Part shown: piece after piece, positions 1 to 12,962 of the stretch
Layout: each line of letters starts with the position of its first letter
How positions within the stretch are numbered: position 1 is the stretch's first letter
From: Callorhinchus milii
Taxonomy: Eukaryota
DNA: 64,000 bases
Direction of reading: 5' to 3'
Assembly: GCF_018977255.1 (NCBI RefSeq)
Contig: NW_024704743.1
Location: forward strand, 26,290,001 to 26,354,000
The notes under the pieces: generated by a model
What the model was told of the DNA's origin: nothing
The model's input: the letters and a program-made list of their open reading frames with translations, nothing else
Databases searched by the model: none
Program-made: the position numbers and the translations under genes

Positions 1-381
1 TTTACTGGACTATGATCTGATCAGGGATTGAACGCGTTAGCAAACTTTGGACTGGGACAGAGGAATGCAGGTCAAGCCCAGCTGCAGACACTGCTCTGAA
101 CCCACTGGTCAATGGGGCTGTTAAAATGCACTGTTTTTATTACACTGCCAATCTGGTTTCCAAAAGCCATCCAGCAGTGTTTCGCAAACTCCCGCCCCCT
201 CCCCACCACCCCATCTTACATGACTTCAGTGGCAATGGGCAATGTGGTAAACTTCTGTAAGAAAGTCATCTCAAAGCACCTGGCAGTAATTTGTCAAAAT
301 GTGGTGACTTTTTTTTCTCTCTGCGGTGACATCACCAACCTCTCCTTGTCCACCGGTTCAGTCCGCACCTCCCTGAAAACA

Positions 382-1195
382 TCCTGAAAAAACCTTCCCT
401 GGAACCATCCCTCCTCTCCAGCTACCATCCCATCTCTAACCTCCCATTCCTCTCCAAGGTCCTGGAATGAGTTGTTGCGTCCCAGCTCCGCTCCTTTCTC
501 CCTCGCCATTCCCTCTTTGAACCCCTCCAATCCGGCTTCCGCGCTGCCCACAGCACGGAAACAGCCCTGGTCAAAGTCATTAATGATATTCTGAACATCT
601 GTGATCAGGGCTCCCTCTGCCTCCTTGTCCTCCTCAACCTCTCTGCCGTCTTGAAACCTGTCGACCACTCCATCCTCATACACCGCCTTTCCTCCTTACT
701 TAATCTTCGCGGACCTGCCCTTGCCTGGTTCGATTCCTATCTCTCTCACCATCTCCACTTTGTTGCCTCTAATGGTTTCTCCTCCACACTGTCACGTCTG
801 GCGCCCCCCAGGGCTCTGTCCTTGGCCCTCTCCTCTTTAATATCTTCATGCTCCCCCTTTGGTGACATCATCCGCAGACATGGGGTCAACTTCCACATGT
901 AGGCGGATGACACCCAACTCTATCTTTCTGCCCCCACCCTCAACTCCAGGACCACTGCTGTCCTGACAGATTACCTGTCGGACATCAAGTCCTGGATGAG
1001 GGCAAACTTCCTACAGTTCATTGTGAACAAGACTGAGGCCCTCCCGATTGGCTCACGTCAGTGCCTCAGCACCTCAGGCTCTGCAACATCAACCTCCATG
1101 GTTTCACATTACAACTCACCAAGCCAGTCACGAAACTAGGTGTCTTGTTCAACCCTCAACTGTCTCTTCTTTCCCTCATCCAAGCCATGAACCGC
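382..1195 (+). mobile_element. Degenerate L2-clade LINE, ORF2 reverse-transcriptase fragment
   Basis: Frameshifted RT motifs: ISNLPFLSKVLE, QSGFR..HSTETALVKV, 'FH.(Y)ADDTQLY'. Confidence 0.88.
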
Positions 1196-1199
1196 TCTG

Positions 1200-2207
1200 G
1201 ATGACACATCCGCTCTGCAGATGACACCCAACTCTACCTTTCCTCTTCTACCTTCAACTCCACGACCACCGATGTCCTGACAGCCTGCCTGTCTGACTTT
1301 GAGTCCTGGACGAGAGACAACTTTCTTCAGCTCAACGTGCGCAAAACCGAGGCCCTCCTGATTGGCTCACGTCAGCGCCTTCGCACCTCAGGCGCCGACA
1401 CCATCAGCATCCAAGGCTGCACTCTCCACCTCTCAAAGCCGGTCAGGAACCTCGGCGTTTTGTTCGACCCTGAGCTGTCCTTTCTTCCTCATATCCGCGC
1501 CACAACTGGCACCGCCTTCCATCACCTCCGGAACATCGCCAGACTACGGCATTACCTCACCCCTCACGCTGCTGAAACCCTGGTCCACGCCTTTATCACC
1601 TCAAGGCTGGACTATGGGAACTCTCTCCTCGCCGGCCTTCCCGCCACCTCCCTCCACAAGCTGCAGGTCATTCAGAACTCTGCAGCTCGTGTACTGTCCC
1701 GCACCAGGCTTCGGGACCACATTACTCCCACCCTCGCTCGCCCCCACTGGCTCCCCATCCCCCAGAGGATCGAATTCAAGATCCTCACCTACAAGGCCAT
1801 TCACGGCCTCGCTCCCTCCTACCTCTCCGACCTACTATCCCCCTACTTATCTGCCCATGCCCTCCGTTCCTCTGGCTCCGGTCTGCTCCACATCCCCCGC
1901 CCCAACCGCCCTACCATCGGTGGTCGGGCCTTCAGCCTCTCAGCCCCGAGGCTCTGGAACTCCATCCCCCAGTGCCTTCGCCGCCTCCTCCCTTTCCTCC
2001 TTCAAGGCCGGTCTCAAGACCTTTCTCTTTGACAGTGCCTTCTGCTCCCCTCTCGACTCTCTACTCCCTCCTCGCTCCCTCCCTTCCCTCCCCTCACCCT
2101 GACCATTTCCCCCCTGCTCGGGTCCCGACCCAAGTGTCCAGCGCCTTGGGACATCCTCCCGACGTGAAAGCCGCTCTATAAATGAAATCTTGTTGTTGTT
2201 GTTGTTG
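1200..2207 (+). mobile_element. 5'-truncated young L2 LINE copy with intact 3' end
   Basis: ORF 1337-2032 (VRNLGVLFDPELSF...LVHAFITSRLDYGNSLLAGLP...HWLPIPQRIEFKIL...GGRAFS..APRLWNS) is the L2 ORF2 C-terminus. 3' tail GACGTGAAAG...(TTG)n. Confidence 0.92.
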
Positions 2208-2866
2208 CCTTCCCTCACCTCCGTAACATCGCCCGACTCCGCCACTATCTCACTCCTCAGGCCATTGAAACTCTTGTTCATGCCTTCATCACCTCCAGGC
2301 TCAACTATGCAAATGCCCTGCTTGTCAGCTTTCCCATCTCCTCCCCCCACAGGCTGCAGATAATCCAGAACTCTGCAGCCCACATCCCCTCCCGCAACAA
2401 ACTCCGTGACCCCATCTCTCCTATTCTCGCTCGACTCCGTTGGTTCCCTATCCTTCAGAGGATCCAGTTCAAGATCCTGGTCGTCACCTACAAAGCCCTC
2501 AATGGTCTCGCCCCACCCTATCTCTGTGACCTCCTAACCCCCTACCAACCCGTCCACTCCGTCCGCTCAGCCGGCTCTGGCCTGCTCCACGTCCCCCAAC
2601 CCACCATTGGCTGTAGAGCCTTCAGCCACTCTGCCCCCACCCTCTGGAATTCCATTCCCCAATCACTCCGTCTCGCCCCCTCTTTAGCCTCCTTCAAGTC
2701 CCACCTCAAAACCTTCCTCTTCGACCATGCCATCGACCACGTCCCTTCTCCTCCCTTCCCCCCTCCTGACCCCAGTTCGGGTCTGAAATGCTGTACACTG
2801 TCCAGCGCCTTGGGACATCCTCCCGACGTGAAAGGCGCCATACAAATGTAATCTTGTTGTTGTTGT
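2208..2866 (+). mobile_element. L2 LINE 3' fragment abutting the previous copy's (TTG)n tail
   Basis: Same ORF2 C-terminal motifs and 3' tail ending in (TTG)n. A further tail-only copy follows at about 2880-3093. Confidence 0.88.
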
Positions 2867-3889
2867 TTATCAGCAAATAGGAACATTCCCCCACCCTTGC
2901 CTCCTTCAAGACTCATCTCAAGACACTCGTTTTCGATCCCACCTTCGGTTGCCCTCCTATACTTCTCCTCCCTGCCGTCTATCCCTCCTGATCCTAACCA
3001 CGAACTCGGATACAGATCCCTGACTGTCCAGCGCCTTGTGACTTCCTCCCGACATGAAAGGCAGTAAACAAATGCAATTTGTGGTGGTTGTTGCTGATAC
3101 TGCTATATAACAACAAACAACAAATTGCATTTAATAGTGCCTTTCACCTTGAGAAATACCATATGGCATTGTTACCCAACAGCTCATTGGGGGGAGGGGG
3201 CAGCATTGTCACTGCCTCAGTGCCCTTGGGCTAGGGTGGAGAGGTTAAAAGAAACTCAGGAGAGAAATATAGTGTTTCTGAGGTAACTGAGGTAACTCAG
3301 GTAAGAGAATTGACCTCTTTTATGAGGTTCCCCATGGCAAAATAGCGTCTGACACTATTTAGACTCATCCATAAGAGATAGCAGGATTCCTTTTCTTTCT
3401 TTGATCAAGTAAGGGCATAATAATAACATTCCTTGCATTTGATATAGCACCTAATTACGCAACAATAATATGAGTAGCCAATCATTTTGAAATTGGGGCA
3501 AATTTGGAACAGAAGGGAATATAAATCAGGATACTGGGGAAAACAATCCACATTTCTTATAAGCAACGATATCTAGGCATTATAATGCCATGGTTAGCTT
3601 GCTATGTTGCCAGCGATGACAAGGCTAGGTACTGCTGCCAAATAAGTAAGGAAATCAAATGTTAGAGCACAGTGTTTCAACTTGTGTCTCTGGCAGTCAC
3701 ATCACATATATTCATGCCTGATCCATATCTGTAGCTGGTCACCAGCTCACACCTCTCACCTGGGGACGTTACCATACATGATATGCAACAATGATAACAA
3801 GCAAGTCTCACCACCCATGTGAACCACAACCTACATTCAAACAATGCCTTCTACATTAAACACATTTCAAAGTGCATGATCATTATAAT

Positions 3890-4320
3890 GGTGGACATCG
3901 AGCAAGAAATCGGATTTAAAGATGTTGAAAAGGCTTAAGGGATACGTATCAGGAGAGGAACAGAGATGATAAGACAAAGGAATTTTGGAGGACCAATGGA
4001 TTGAGGCACAGTGACTGAAACCTCGACCACCAAATGGAGCGAGCAACGGAGCAGTTAGAAGAGTGAACACTATGGGCTAAAATGTACATGTGGACAAGAT
4101 TGCCTATGTAGGGTTGAACAAAATCACCGAGGCACTTGATGACAAGGACAAAGATTTTAAATTCAGTCCTCTGAAGTATTAGGAGCCAATGGAGTTTGAC
4201 ACGGATGAGGTACTAAGTGTCCAGAGCCTTGTGCAGGACAGAAATCGGACTGCGGATATAGGGATCTATTGAACCTTCATAAAAATAAACCTAAAGAGGC
4301 TAGCAAGGCGAACCCCTGGA
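3890..4320 (-). mobile_element. Old diverged L2 3' fragment
   Basis: Minus strand reads LHWLL..QRTEFKI.VL and FGGRGFSH.A...W. Confidence 0.6.
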
Positions 4321-4429
4321 AAAAAACTAGCAGTGGTAAGGGAAGGACGTAAGCAGACAATATCCCCATATACAGTTTCCATGTGTGTTTGCTTTGTGTA
4401 GCTGATTCTAGATTACAAAGATAGTATTA

Positions 4430-4955
4430 GGGACACAGGAACAGGAGGAGGCCGTTCAGGCCTTTGAGTCTGTTCCGCCACTTAATTAGGCACATGGCTG
4501 AGCTATACCTCAACTAATCCTTTCAATTCCAATTTCCCGCTTTCTCCCCGTATCCCTTAATACCCTGAGCTATGAAAAATCTATCAACCTCACTCTTGAA
4601 GGTGTGGGTGGATCCAGCATCCGCGGCCTTTTGGTGAAGAGAATTCCAGATTTCTACCACACTTTCAGTGAAAAAATGCTTCTGATTTCACTCTTAAATT
4701 TTAAGACTATACCCCCTGTTTTGGATTCCCCCACCAGAGGAAAGAGCTTCTCTGTATCTACATTATCAAATCCCTTTATCATCTTAAATACCTCAATCAA
4801 ATCATCCCTGAACCTTCTAAACTCAAGGAAATACAACCCAAGTTTACGCAGCCTTTCCTCGTAAGTTAACCCTTTTAGGCCTGGTAACATTCTGGCGAAG
4901 CTGCGCTGCACCCCCTTCAGGGCCAATATATCTTTCCTGAGGTGTGGGGCCCAAC
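4430..4955 (-). mobile_element. CR1-clade LINE 3' end
   Basis: WAPHLRKDILALKGVQRSFARMLPGLKGLTYEERLRKLGLYFLEFRRFRDDLIEVFKMIKGFD, typical CR1 ORF2 C-terminus, plus a CR1-like 3' UTR. Confidence 0.9.
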
Positions 4956-5542
4956 AATTGGGCATGAAGACAACTTTCAGAAGAATAGAATTAAATTCAC
5001 TATACATATAAGAGTTATTAAATGTTGATTTAATTATTGGACATGCTATTATTATAAACATAACACATTCACGTTGAAGGCATTGTTTATCTTACCATTT
5101 TGCCACTGCCAGTGTTGCAGCAACTTTTTCTTTATTGCCGTTAGCAACCACCATACTCCATATGTGACTTCACCAATGATCTTTGATGTATACAAGATGA
5201 AAATAACTTTGATTTATCTATAGTCAAATGCTCTTTGCATTTTGCTCTTTGAATAACCATGTGGAGAGCAACTTCACTTAAAAAATCTCAATGAATGATC
5301 AATAATAACACCCAGATCATTTTCCTACAATGCCTCTATAATGGATATCCTTTAGATAAAATTGGTCATTTACTTCATGTCTGTTCTGGGGACATTGCTG
5401 TGTGCAAATTATCTGCTGCATTGACATCCAACAATACAAACAAGGTCACTACACTTTACAGTAAATCATGTGAAGCACTTTCACTTTGAGACGTTTCCCA
5501 AAGGTTAGGGTTTGATGAAAGGTGCTATATATAGGTGCTGTA

Positions 5543-5800
5543 AGCCTGGCTTAATTGGTAGTACTCTTGGCTCTGAGTCAGACGATTGTGGGACTTTGTA
5601 CTCATGTAGTACAGGCTGACATTTTATAATGCAGTGTTGAGGGGCGGTGCATTGTGGTGGTATCATTCTTTTGGGTGAGATATTAAACTGAAATCGTGTC
5701 TGCCCTTTCAGATGGTTCAATAGTGCAATTTGAAAAGATCCAATAGTGCAATTTGAAAAGAGAATGGAGTTCCTTCCAGCAATGTGGCTAACAATGCTCC
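5543..5800 (+). mobile_element. Old DeuSINE-like SINE (tRNA-derived head plus part of the Deu domain)
   Basis: Head GGCTTAATTGGTAGTACTCTTGGCTCTGAGTCAGA; core GGTGAGATATTAAACTGA...GTCTGCCCTTTCAG. Confidence 0.6.
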
Positions 5801-6054
5801 AAATATATTATTCCCAGGGTGTGATGGGCAATGCAAATATCTATTTAGTAAAATGAACTTGAGGAAGGAATGGATGGTGAAGTTTGGTAAATGCTAACTT
5901 TTTACCCTTGAATCCTAATGTTTAAACCAGTCCAAATAGATGAGATGAATATCTATTCGATCGAGTTTGTTTGTAAATCGTGGATGAGAGTCAGAAAGAA
6001 CCTAATTAGTTCATACAGACATGTCTTTACAAATCAACAGTTTATCAGTTTATC

Positions 6055-6312
6055 CAGGCAGGGTGAAAACTTGGGCATGTTTCCTTACTCCACACGCCTG
6101 ATAATAATCTCTCCAAAAACAAAAAACAATAATAAATTGGTCATTTTTAATCCACAACTGTTTGTGGGACATTGCTGTGCGCAATTGGCTGCCGCGTTCG
6201 CCCACAAATATACAGTCAATTCACTTTACAGTATATTCTGTGAAGTGCTTTAGGACGTCTAGAAGACATGAAAAGCGCTATATCAAATGCAAGGATTATT
6301 ATTATTATTATT
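6055..6312 (+). mobile_element. Young tRNA-derived SINE (family A), 5'-truncated
   Basis: Near-identical to 33147-33461; (TTA)n tail. Confidence 0.88.
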
Positions 6313-6359
6313 AACGTGACATGCTTGACCACAGAATGTCGGAATCGAGCCAGCCTTCT

Positions 6360-6650
6360 GCGGGGGTCTCGGTAGTCCAGTTCTTGAGCCAGGTGGGTCT
6401 ACAGTATTCCAGGGCACTGCCAATAACTGCCCAGCTAGGCTGGCTCATTAGCATGACTTGAAAGGGCAGACCAGTCACTGGGGGCAGGGACTCTCCCATT
6501 CAGCTCCCGTTAACATTGCAAGCCAATGGTTAGGGTGGTCCGAGCAGGACAAGCAGTTGGAAAGCTTGAAAAGCAGAGCTCTCAATGGCAAGCTGTGTGG
6601 TTTTAGCTGGATAGATTCCAGCAGTACCCCAACATACTCTCTGTGGTTCC
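6360..6650 (+). repeat. Unclassified interspersed repeat, copy 1 of 3
   Basis: GGGCAGACCAGTCA.TGGGGGCA.GGACTCT..CCA.TCAG...GTTAAC...GCAAG...GGGTGGTCC.AGC.GGACAAGCAGT.GGAAAGCTTG shared with 16070-16310 and, inverted, 31100-31297. Confidence 0.75.
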
Positions 6651-8696
6651 CAAGCCTTGGTTCTTGCCAACCTGCACCTAATACTTTCTGGAATTAGGTA
6701 AGCAGTATGTGGCGCTCCAGGGAGAGAGTGTGTATTCCATTCCCATAAACATTTCTGGGATTTATATGAATAGGTGGGATGCATGAATCGGTTTGGTATG
6801 GATACGCTTAAGCACGGCGACGGGTTTCTGCATGTGTCAGACACCCGGCTGACCAAACAAAAGTAGTCTGGGAAATGCCAAAGTTTTTATATTTTGAGCA
6901 TCTGGTGTCAGTATAGAGCAATGCTAGCCAACTACGGCACAGTACAACAATAATCCTTACATTTGATATGGGATCTTAATACTTTAATGTCTCATCTGAA
7001 GAACAGCACCTCCAACAATGCAGGACTATTCAAATATTAAAGATGGGATATTAATATTATGGGATATTACTGAGGAGGCGTCTGTGCATATGCCCCAGGC
7101 CTGGATTGGAGTGTCAGCCTAAGAGTTCCAAGTCCTGATGTGCAACTTGAAATGCTCTCTAGGATGCTACGCTGCACGAGGAATGCTATATAAATGCAAG
7201 TTGTGGTTGTTGAACCCACAAACTTCTGACTCAAAAGCGAGGGTGCTAACTGCTAAGTCAAGCTGACACAAATGTAAATATGTCAAATGCAAGGATTGGA
7301 TCTTGGCTAGTTAAGGTCAAAGAGCTAATTATTGGCGTCAAACCTTTACTGAGCACTTTTGCATTACTCTGTTGAATTCTCAACCTGGTTTACCACTGAT
7401 TCCAGGTGGAACAACAGTAGGAGATAAAAGAAGGTATGTTTTGGAGTTAGGATACATCAGCAAAACATTCATCCAGACATGTTGAGTTTAAAGTTGCTGT
7501 TTGGTGGAATTGTTGGGCTGTAAATAAAAGTCTACAGGTAAACTATTGTGTACCCAGTTGGCTTCCACCAAAACCAATGGTATTTTCAGCTACTGGAGCT
7601 AGTACATACATAATTTACATCAGGTGTCGCTCTGGTGCCAGCCTAACTCAGTTCATAACACTCTCATCTCCAAGTCAGAAGGTTGCGAGTTCAAGTCCTG
7701 CATCAGAACTTTGAACTCACAGTCAGGCTGACACACTTTATTTTCCTGTTGGGTGAGTTCTAGATCCATTCAGAACATGGGTTCAATGATTGAGTACAAA
7801 ACCAAGTGTGTTACATAATCTCATTGGTGAAGTCTAGCTTGTGCTACACATGGAATAACTACATGCTAAATGCAGAGGAAACAGGAAGAACTGTGGGCAA
7901 CATCAGATCCTACACTTTTCCTACAGAACAAGTATAAATGAAGGATGCAAAACCTTTGTAAGTTAACACACAAATGCTAAATTAAGCAGCATTCTAACAA
8001 AAGTAAATATCCCTTCACTGTCGACAACAAATTCAATGATATGTATGAACTCAGGAACAGGTCAGGTTTATGCTGACCCAATCTTGTCCTGACAAACGTG
8101 CAAACCATCCTTTCACTGGATGTGCTGATGTAAGCTAGTTTCAGGAGCACTAACTGGTCTTTCTGGCTTTCATTACGGAAACTATTCTTTGTAGTTTACA
8201 GTGAAAGTCTTGTTCTCCTTGACAGAGCTTTGCTTTTTATGGAAGCTTGAGAAAGAAACACAAATGTTTGTTAAAAGACGAGGAGCACATACCAAATTCT
8301 GTCTGTAAAATTCAAGTCAAATTATATTATACTGATAAGCGCAAAGAAGTGCCAGTGAAGAATACACATAAATCGTTATTTCCACTTTAAATACTTTTAC
8401 TACAAATGTAAACGCTCACCACATGATCTGGTGACTTATAGTTAAAGTCAACAACATCACTGCCTCAAAGAATCTAATTGATCACCTTACTTAGGTGTTA
8501 GTTTTACAATGCTTGCAATTCAAATATGTAATGTTACATCCAGAGAGATTTAATAAGAAATGAATTCTTCAGCACATTTAGTGTTTTCGAAATTCAATAA
8601 TTACACATTTCTTATTGAAATATTGAAAATTCACCCCATTGTGATTTCAGCACTATTGCCTCCACAGATTATGAAAGTCTTCAGCTACAAAGTATC

Positions 8697-8915
8697 AACA
8701 ACAAACAAAATTACATTTGTAAAGCGCCTTTCATGTTGGAGGACGTTCCAAGGTGCTGGACAGGCAGAGTTTCGGACCCGAGCTGGGGGTCGAGGAGGGT
8801 GGAGAGCAATGGGGGAAGCAGAGAGATTGAAAGCACGGTTGAAGAGTAGGGTCTTGAGATGAAGGTGGCAAGGGAGGGGCAAGGCTGTAGGATGGAGTTC
8901 CAGAGGTAAAGGTGC
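8697..8915 (-). mobile_element. L2 3'-tail fragment
   Basis: Reverse complement of the L2 3' UTR and tail (LWNS..., TGAAAGGCGCTTTACAAATG...TTGTT). Confidence 0.75.
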
Positions 8916-8929
8916 AATTGGAGATACTT

Positions 8930-9150
8930 CAGATTAGACGTTAAACTGAGTTCCCAACTGGCTGTTCAGGTGGACATTAAAGATCCCATGGGAAATTTCA
9001 AAAGAAGACTGGAGTTTCTCCCAGTGGACTGGCCAACATTCCTCATAATAATTTGATCACTAGCTTCATGTCTGTTTATGGGGGACATTGTTGTGGGAAA
9101 TTGTCCCGTTCCTTGACAAATACTTTACAGTAAATCCTGTGAACAACTTG
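8930..9150 (+). mobile_element. DeuSINE-like core fragment
   Basis: AGACGTTAAACTGAG...TTCAGGTGGACATTAAAGATCCCATGG...GGCCAACATT, a Deu-domain-like sequence recurring many times in the window. Confidence 0.7.
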
Positions 9151-10104
9151 GAGATTGTGAACAACAACTTGCATTTATATAGCGCCCTTCACGCAGGGTA
9201 GCTTCCCAGAGCTCTTACATATGATTTCTCTAATTAAAGGATTATTGTTATAATTGTACATATGGGTTTGCAGGTGTTTTGATGTTATCACCAGTGCCCA
9301 ATCTGCCCTCAGCGGCCTCAGCCTATTTCATATCTGCTTCTATTGTAATCTTCTGTAGTACATAAAGTTAGGATTCCTCAAGTGTTTCACAAGCTCTCCT
9401 GTTTGCATGGATAGAAGCTTTCTGTCAGTTGTATTCCATTTAACAAACCTTAACTTTTATTTAGACCACTACTCTCTTGAGACTAAATTCTGACTTTAAA
9501 TGTAAGTGTTTAAGGCAATTGATCTCCCATGTGCACCTGTCCTCAGACAAATCCTGTGCATCTGAAGAATGTTAATGATCTCATGAGCCACCACATAAGG
9601 GTTTGGCAACACCTGTTTTTTCACAAGAGGAAATATTCACCTTGTTGACCCCCTCCTGTAGCATGAACTCTTGTTTATACAACTTAAAATTGCTTTCAAT
9701 TGATAAATCAATACCGGCCAAGGTGAATCTTCCATATACATCTCCAGATACCAATAAAGTCACTGAAACACCAAACACACATTCCTTTAACACATGGTTG
9801 CTTGGATTGGGAGAATCCTATTCACCTTTAACCTTTTCTCCACTGGCACAAATCTTTCCTAATCCTCTGCAATTTTTTTCTTTTCACTGTAGAATATCCC
9901 ATTATAATTTATGTCTGTTTTACCACTTGATGAAAATGTGAAGGCACCCACAACTGAGGTATAAATCTACTGCAAAGGATGGATTGCTTGTGTGTTTTGC
10001 AAATGCACCTCCTTGTGACTGAAAACTGGTTGAAAATGTGCCCGTTTGTTCACCTGGCCATGGCTCATGGTGTTAACAGACAAGCCTTGACACAAATTGC
10101 CTTC

Positions 10105-10132
10105 CTCCGCCCCTTTAATTGGTTTATAAATA
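10105..10132 (+). promoter_or_regulatory. Core promoter of exon 1a: GC box, inverted CCAAT and TATA box
   Basis: CTCCGCCCC 10105-10113, ATTGG 10118-10122, TATAAATA 10125-10132, about 170 bp upstream of the ATG. Confidence 0.65.
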
Positions 10133-10293
10133 GAGGTTGTGAGGGGTTGCAGATGGAAATTAGTTTCCCACAGAGTGGGAGGGGGAGATACAGAGAGAAA
10201 GGTTGGTGTATAACTAGAGGCAGTGAGGCTTACACAGCAACATTAGTTTCACATAGGAGGGAGCAGAGAAAGTGGGGGGAGAAACTGAGCGAA

Positions 10294-10543
10294 ATGGGGA
10301 GATATCAGAAGGCGTTTGGCACTTGGTGCAGTGTGGGGGTCTGCACGCTGGTCTGGCTCCTGTGTTGCCCGCTCACAGAGGGCTCGGGACCAGAGGGGAG
10401 TCCTCACAGCCAGGAGGATGGACACAACCAGACGGGGACACACTCCACGGAGGGCTTCCAGATCGTCTCACTCCGCTGGCATCACGTCCAAGTTCCCTAT
10501 GCCATAGCTCTGTGGATCTTAACAGCCAGTTTAGCAAAAGCAG
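10294..10543 (+). CDS. SLC9A3: NHE3 (SLC9A3) alternative first coding exon 1a: 83 codons + 1 nt, signal-peptide-like N-terminus and first conserved TM segment
   Basis: Translates [30 protein letters not shown]...[30 protein letters not shown], matching the NHE3 exon-1 motif ([30 protein letters not shown]). ATG in gaaATGg context. Ends at a CAG|GTGAGT donor at 10544, phase 1. Confidence 0.9.
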
Positions 10544-12671
10544 GTGAGTTGACCAGGACCCCAAGTCCCAAACACTGACAAAGTGCACTTGCATGTGTTC
10601 CAGGGGAAGCAACATGACCCATTCTCTCTGTGTCTTGGTCTTTATTTCTCTTGTACAAAGTTTATTTCGGGGGATCTGTGAAACTTGTTTCTATTTTTAT
10701 ATTTAAAGAAAAAGAAGGTGAATAGTAATTGGGAAATGCAGATCTCTGCACTGGCTGCCAACCCCCAGCAGTAGTAATACCTGGTTGTGACGTGATACTG
10801 TGGGGTGATGCCTTCAGATCTTTTAAAAGACAGAGATCCTGTTTGGGGAAAGTAGCCAAAGAACCAGCGAAGAGGAGCTCAATAGGAGGAAAATTGGTTG
10901 CTGCAAGATGACTTGAGCTTAAGACATCCTACTGTATGCTAACTTGAGACTGTATGCTAACTGACACAGTTAAATAGCCTCCCTGTGTTTTCGTTTTGAG
11001 GAATCTGTTTTAAAAAAGAATATCAATGTTAAGTGACTGATTGGAACTTGTGCAAATTCCAATTCCCAAACACTATCCTTTTATTTCCATTTTCTTTTGA
11101 GTTGCTATATCTGTGATCTGTCAAAGCTCTGACCACCCCCCGCCCCACTTTGTGTTAATCCTGATGCCCCCCTGTTTTCACCAGCCAAAGGTGGTTCTCA
11201 TTTGCATTCCCACTTCTGGAACTCCTTTACATTGATTTACTTACGAGATCGAATCAGCTTTGCTTTTCTCTCCCCACCCCCCCCCCCCAACCCTCACCCA
11301 CACAAAAAAATACTGTTAAGTTATTCAAAGTTAAGTTACTCTTTCTCAAATTTTAACGTTTAAAAGTTCTACTGCATGGCACACAATGAACACATTTTAT
11401 TCAATTTACAATTCTCTTCCTTGTCCTTAGATTAAAAATGCACACAGCAAGTGACCTGGGTCCGATTGTCCTCGAGGAGCACAACTATTATTTATATATA
11501 TAATTTATGTATAATATATGGTGTGAGAGACCATAGTAGTGACTACTGTTTAGGAAAAGGAGAAATACTATATTTTCCTTCCATTCTGCAACATGGGTTG
11601 AAATCTTGGCAGCAAAGGTATGGTAGAAGTATAATAGTTCTGTCTAATTAATCGTCGTGGCAACTTGTAATTTGATAGTAATTCTTTTTCCACTAAATTG
11701 CTGGTTATTCTTAAAATGTTAAATTGTTTGGTATGAACATACTTTGGGGTGGGTGGTGGGGAGGGAACGGGTTTATTGCCCATTGATTGCTTTGTTGGCA
11801 TATTCAGTGGTGGTTCTTTGGGCATCTATGTTCCAGACCAGTTTCTCTCTCCCCAACATTTTGATAGTGGAAACTGGCTCAGTTTCTTCCTGAACTTGGT
11901 GCACCATTCCTGAACAAACCTGTCTGGTCACTTAATATACAACAACAAATTGCATTTATATAGTGCCTTTCATATCAGGATCTCTGGTATAGACCAGCCA
12001 ACATCAGGTTATCACAGACTGAGAAAAATCCACCAATAGTCATTGAGAAGCACTGCTCTGGAGCGCTAACAGAGCATTACTGATGACCAGAGGACCTTTT
12101 TTGAGGTGCAACATCTTTTATGCTGCTTGATGTCTTCACCAATCCACAGTATCCACTTTTTACAGTGGGATCCGCACTGAGCTGTAACTGAGGGAAGAAA
12201 TGTTGGGAAGTATTAACGAATTGCACTGTAGTGAGGTTGGCTGACAATCTGGTGCTGCTTTAAGCCTCAGCTACATTACTTTTCTTCAATCTCAGCTCTC
12301 CTTGGGTCACACAATCCAAAACAAATTCATAAATGTTTTTCTTCCCTTTTGTTGTAATAAAGGATCTGCAATGCCAACTGTAGCCTTTTTAGATTTATCA
12401 ATGTCACCTGAGCTAACCTCATCATAAATAATCTTTATATGTAATATAGTGCTGCAATAAAAATTGCTGCTTAAACGGATTAATTGTTGCATAATTTTAA
12501 CTGACCAGAGAAAAATCTCCTTGTTGCATTATATATTGAGTAGTAATCTGAGGTAACTGCCACCAATTGCTTTCATTCACATTGAACTACCCTTTAGTAT
12601 CAAACCATTGTGTAAGAGAACAACTTGTAGTTCAAAGTGTAGTGAGTGTCAGAAAAAAAACCTCATCTGTA

Positions 12672-12962
12672 TTAATAATAATCCTTGCATTTGATATAGC
12701 GCTTTTCACGTCTTCTAGAAGTCTCCAAATGCTTCACAGAAGAGACTGTAAAGTGAGCTGACTGTATATTTGTGAGCGAAACGCGGCAACCAATTGTGCA
12801 CAACAGTGTCCCACAAACAGTCGTGGATTGAGTGACCAAATTATTATTTTGTTTAAGGATTATTATCCCAGAAAAGCTATCTGCCAATTGACTAACAGCC
12901 AGGTTCTTACTTCCTACTAGATAAACAGAGGTGTGTGAAGTAAGGAAACTTGCCCAACATTT
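12672..12962 (-). mobile_element. SINE family A, long subfamily, lacking the head
   Basis: (TAA)n-TCCTTGCATTTGATATAGCGCTTTTCACG tail through GTAAGGAAACTTGCCCAA. Confidence 0.85.

Noticed and set aside
1337..2032. 231-aa ORF as a host gene or active retrotransposon
   Set aside because: It is a 5'-truncated L2 ORF2 C-terminus; no complete ORF2 exists in the window.
9979..10293. Upstream in-frame extension of ORF 9979-10578 (199 aa)
   Set aside because: It runs across the TATA box and has no NHE similarity. ATG 10294 gives a typical signal-peptide start, and the part after 10543 is intron.
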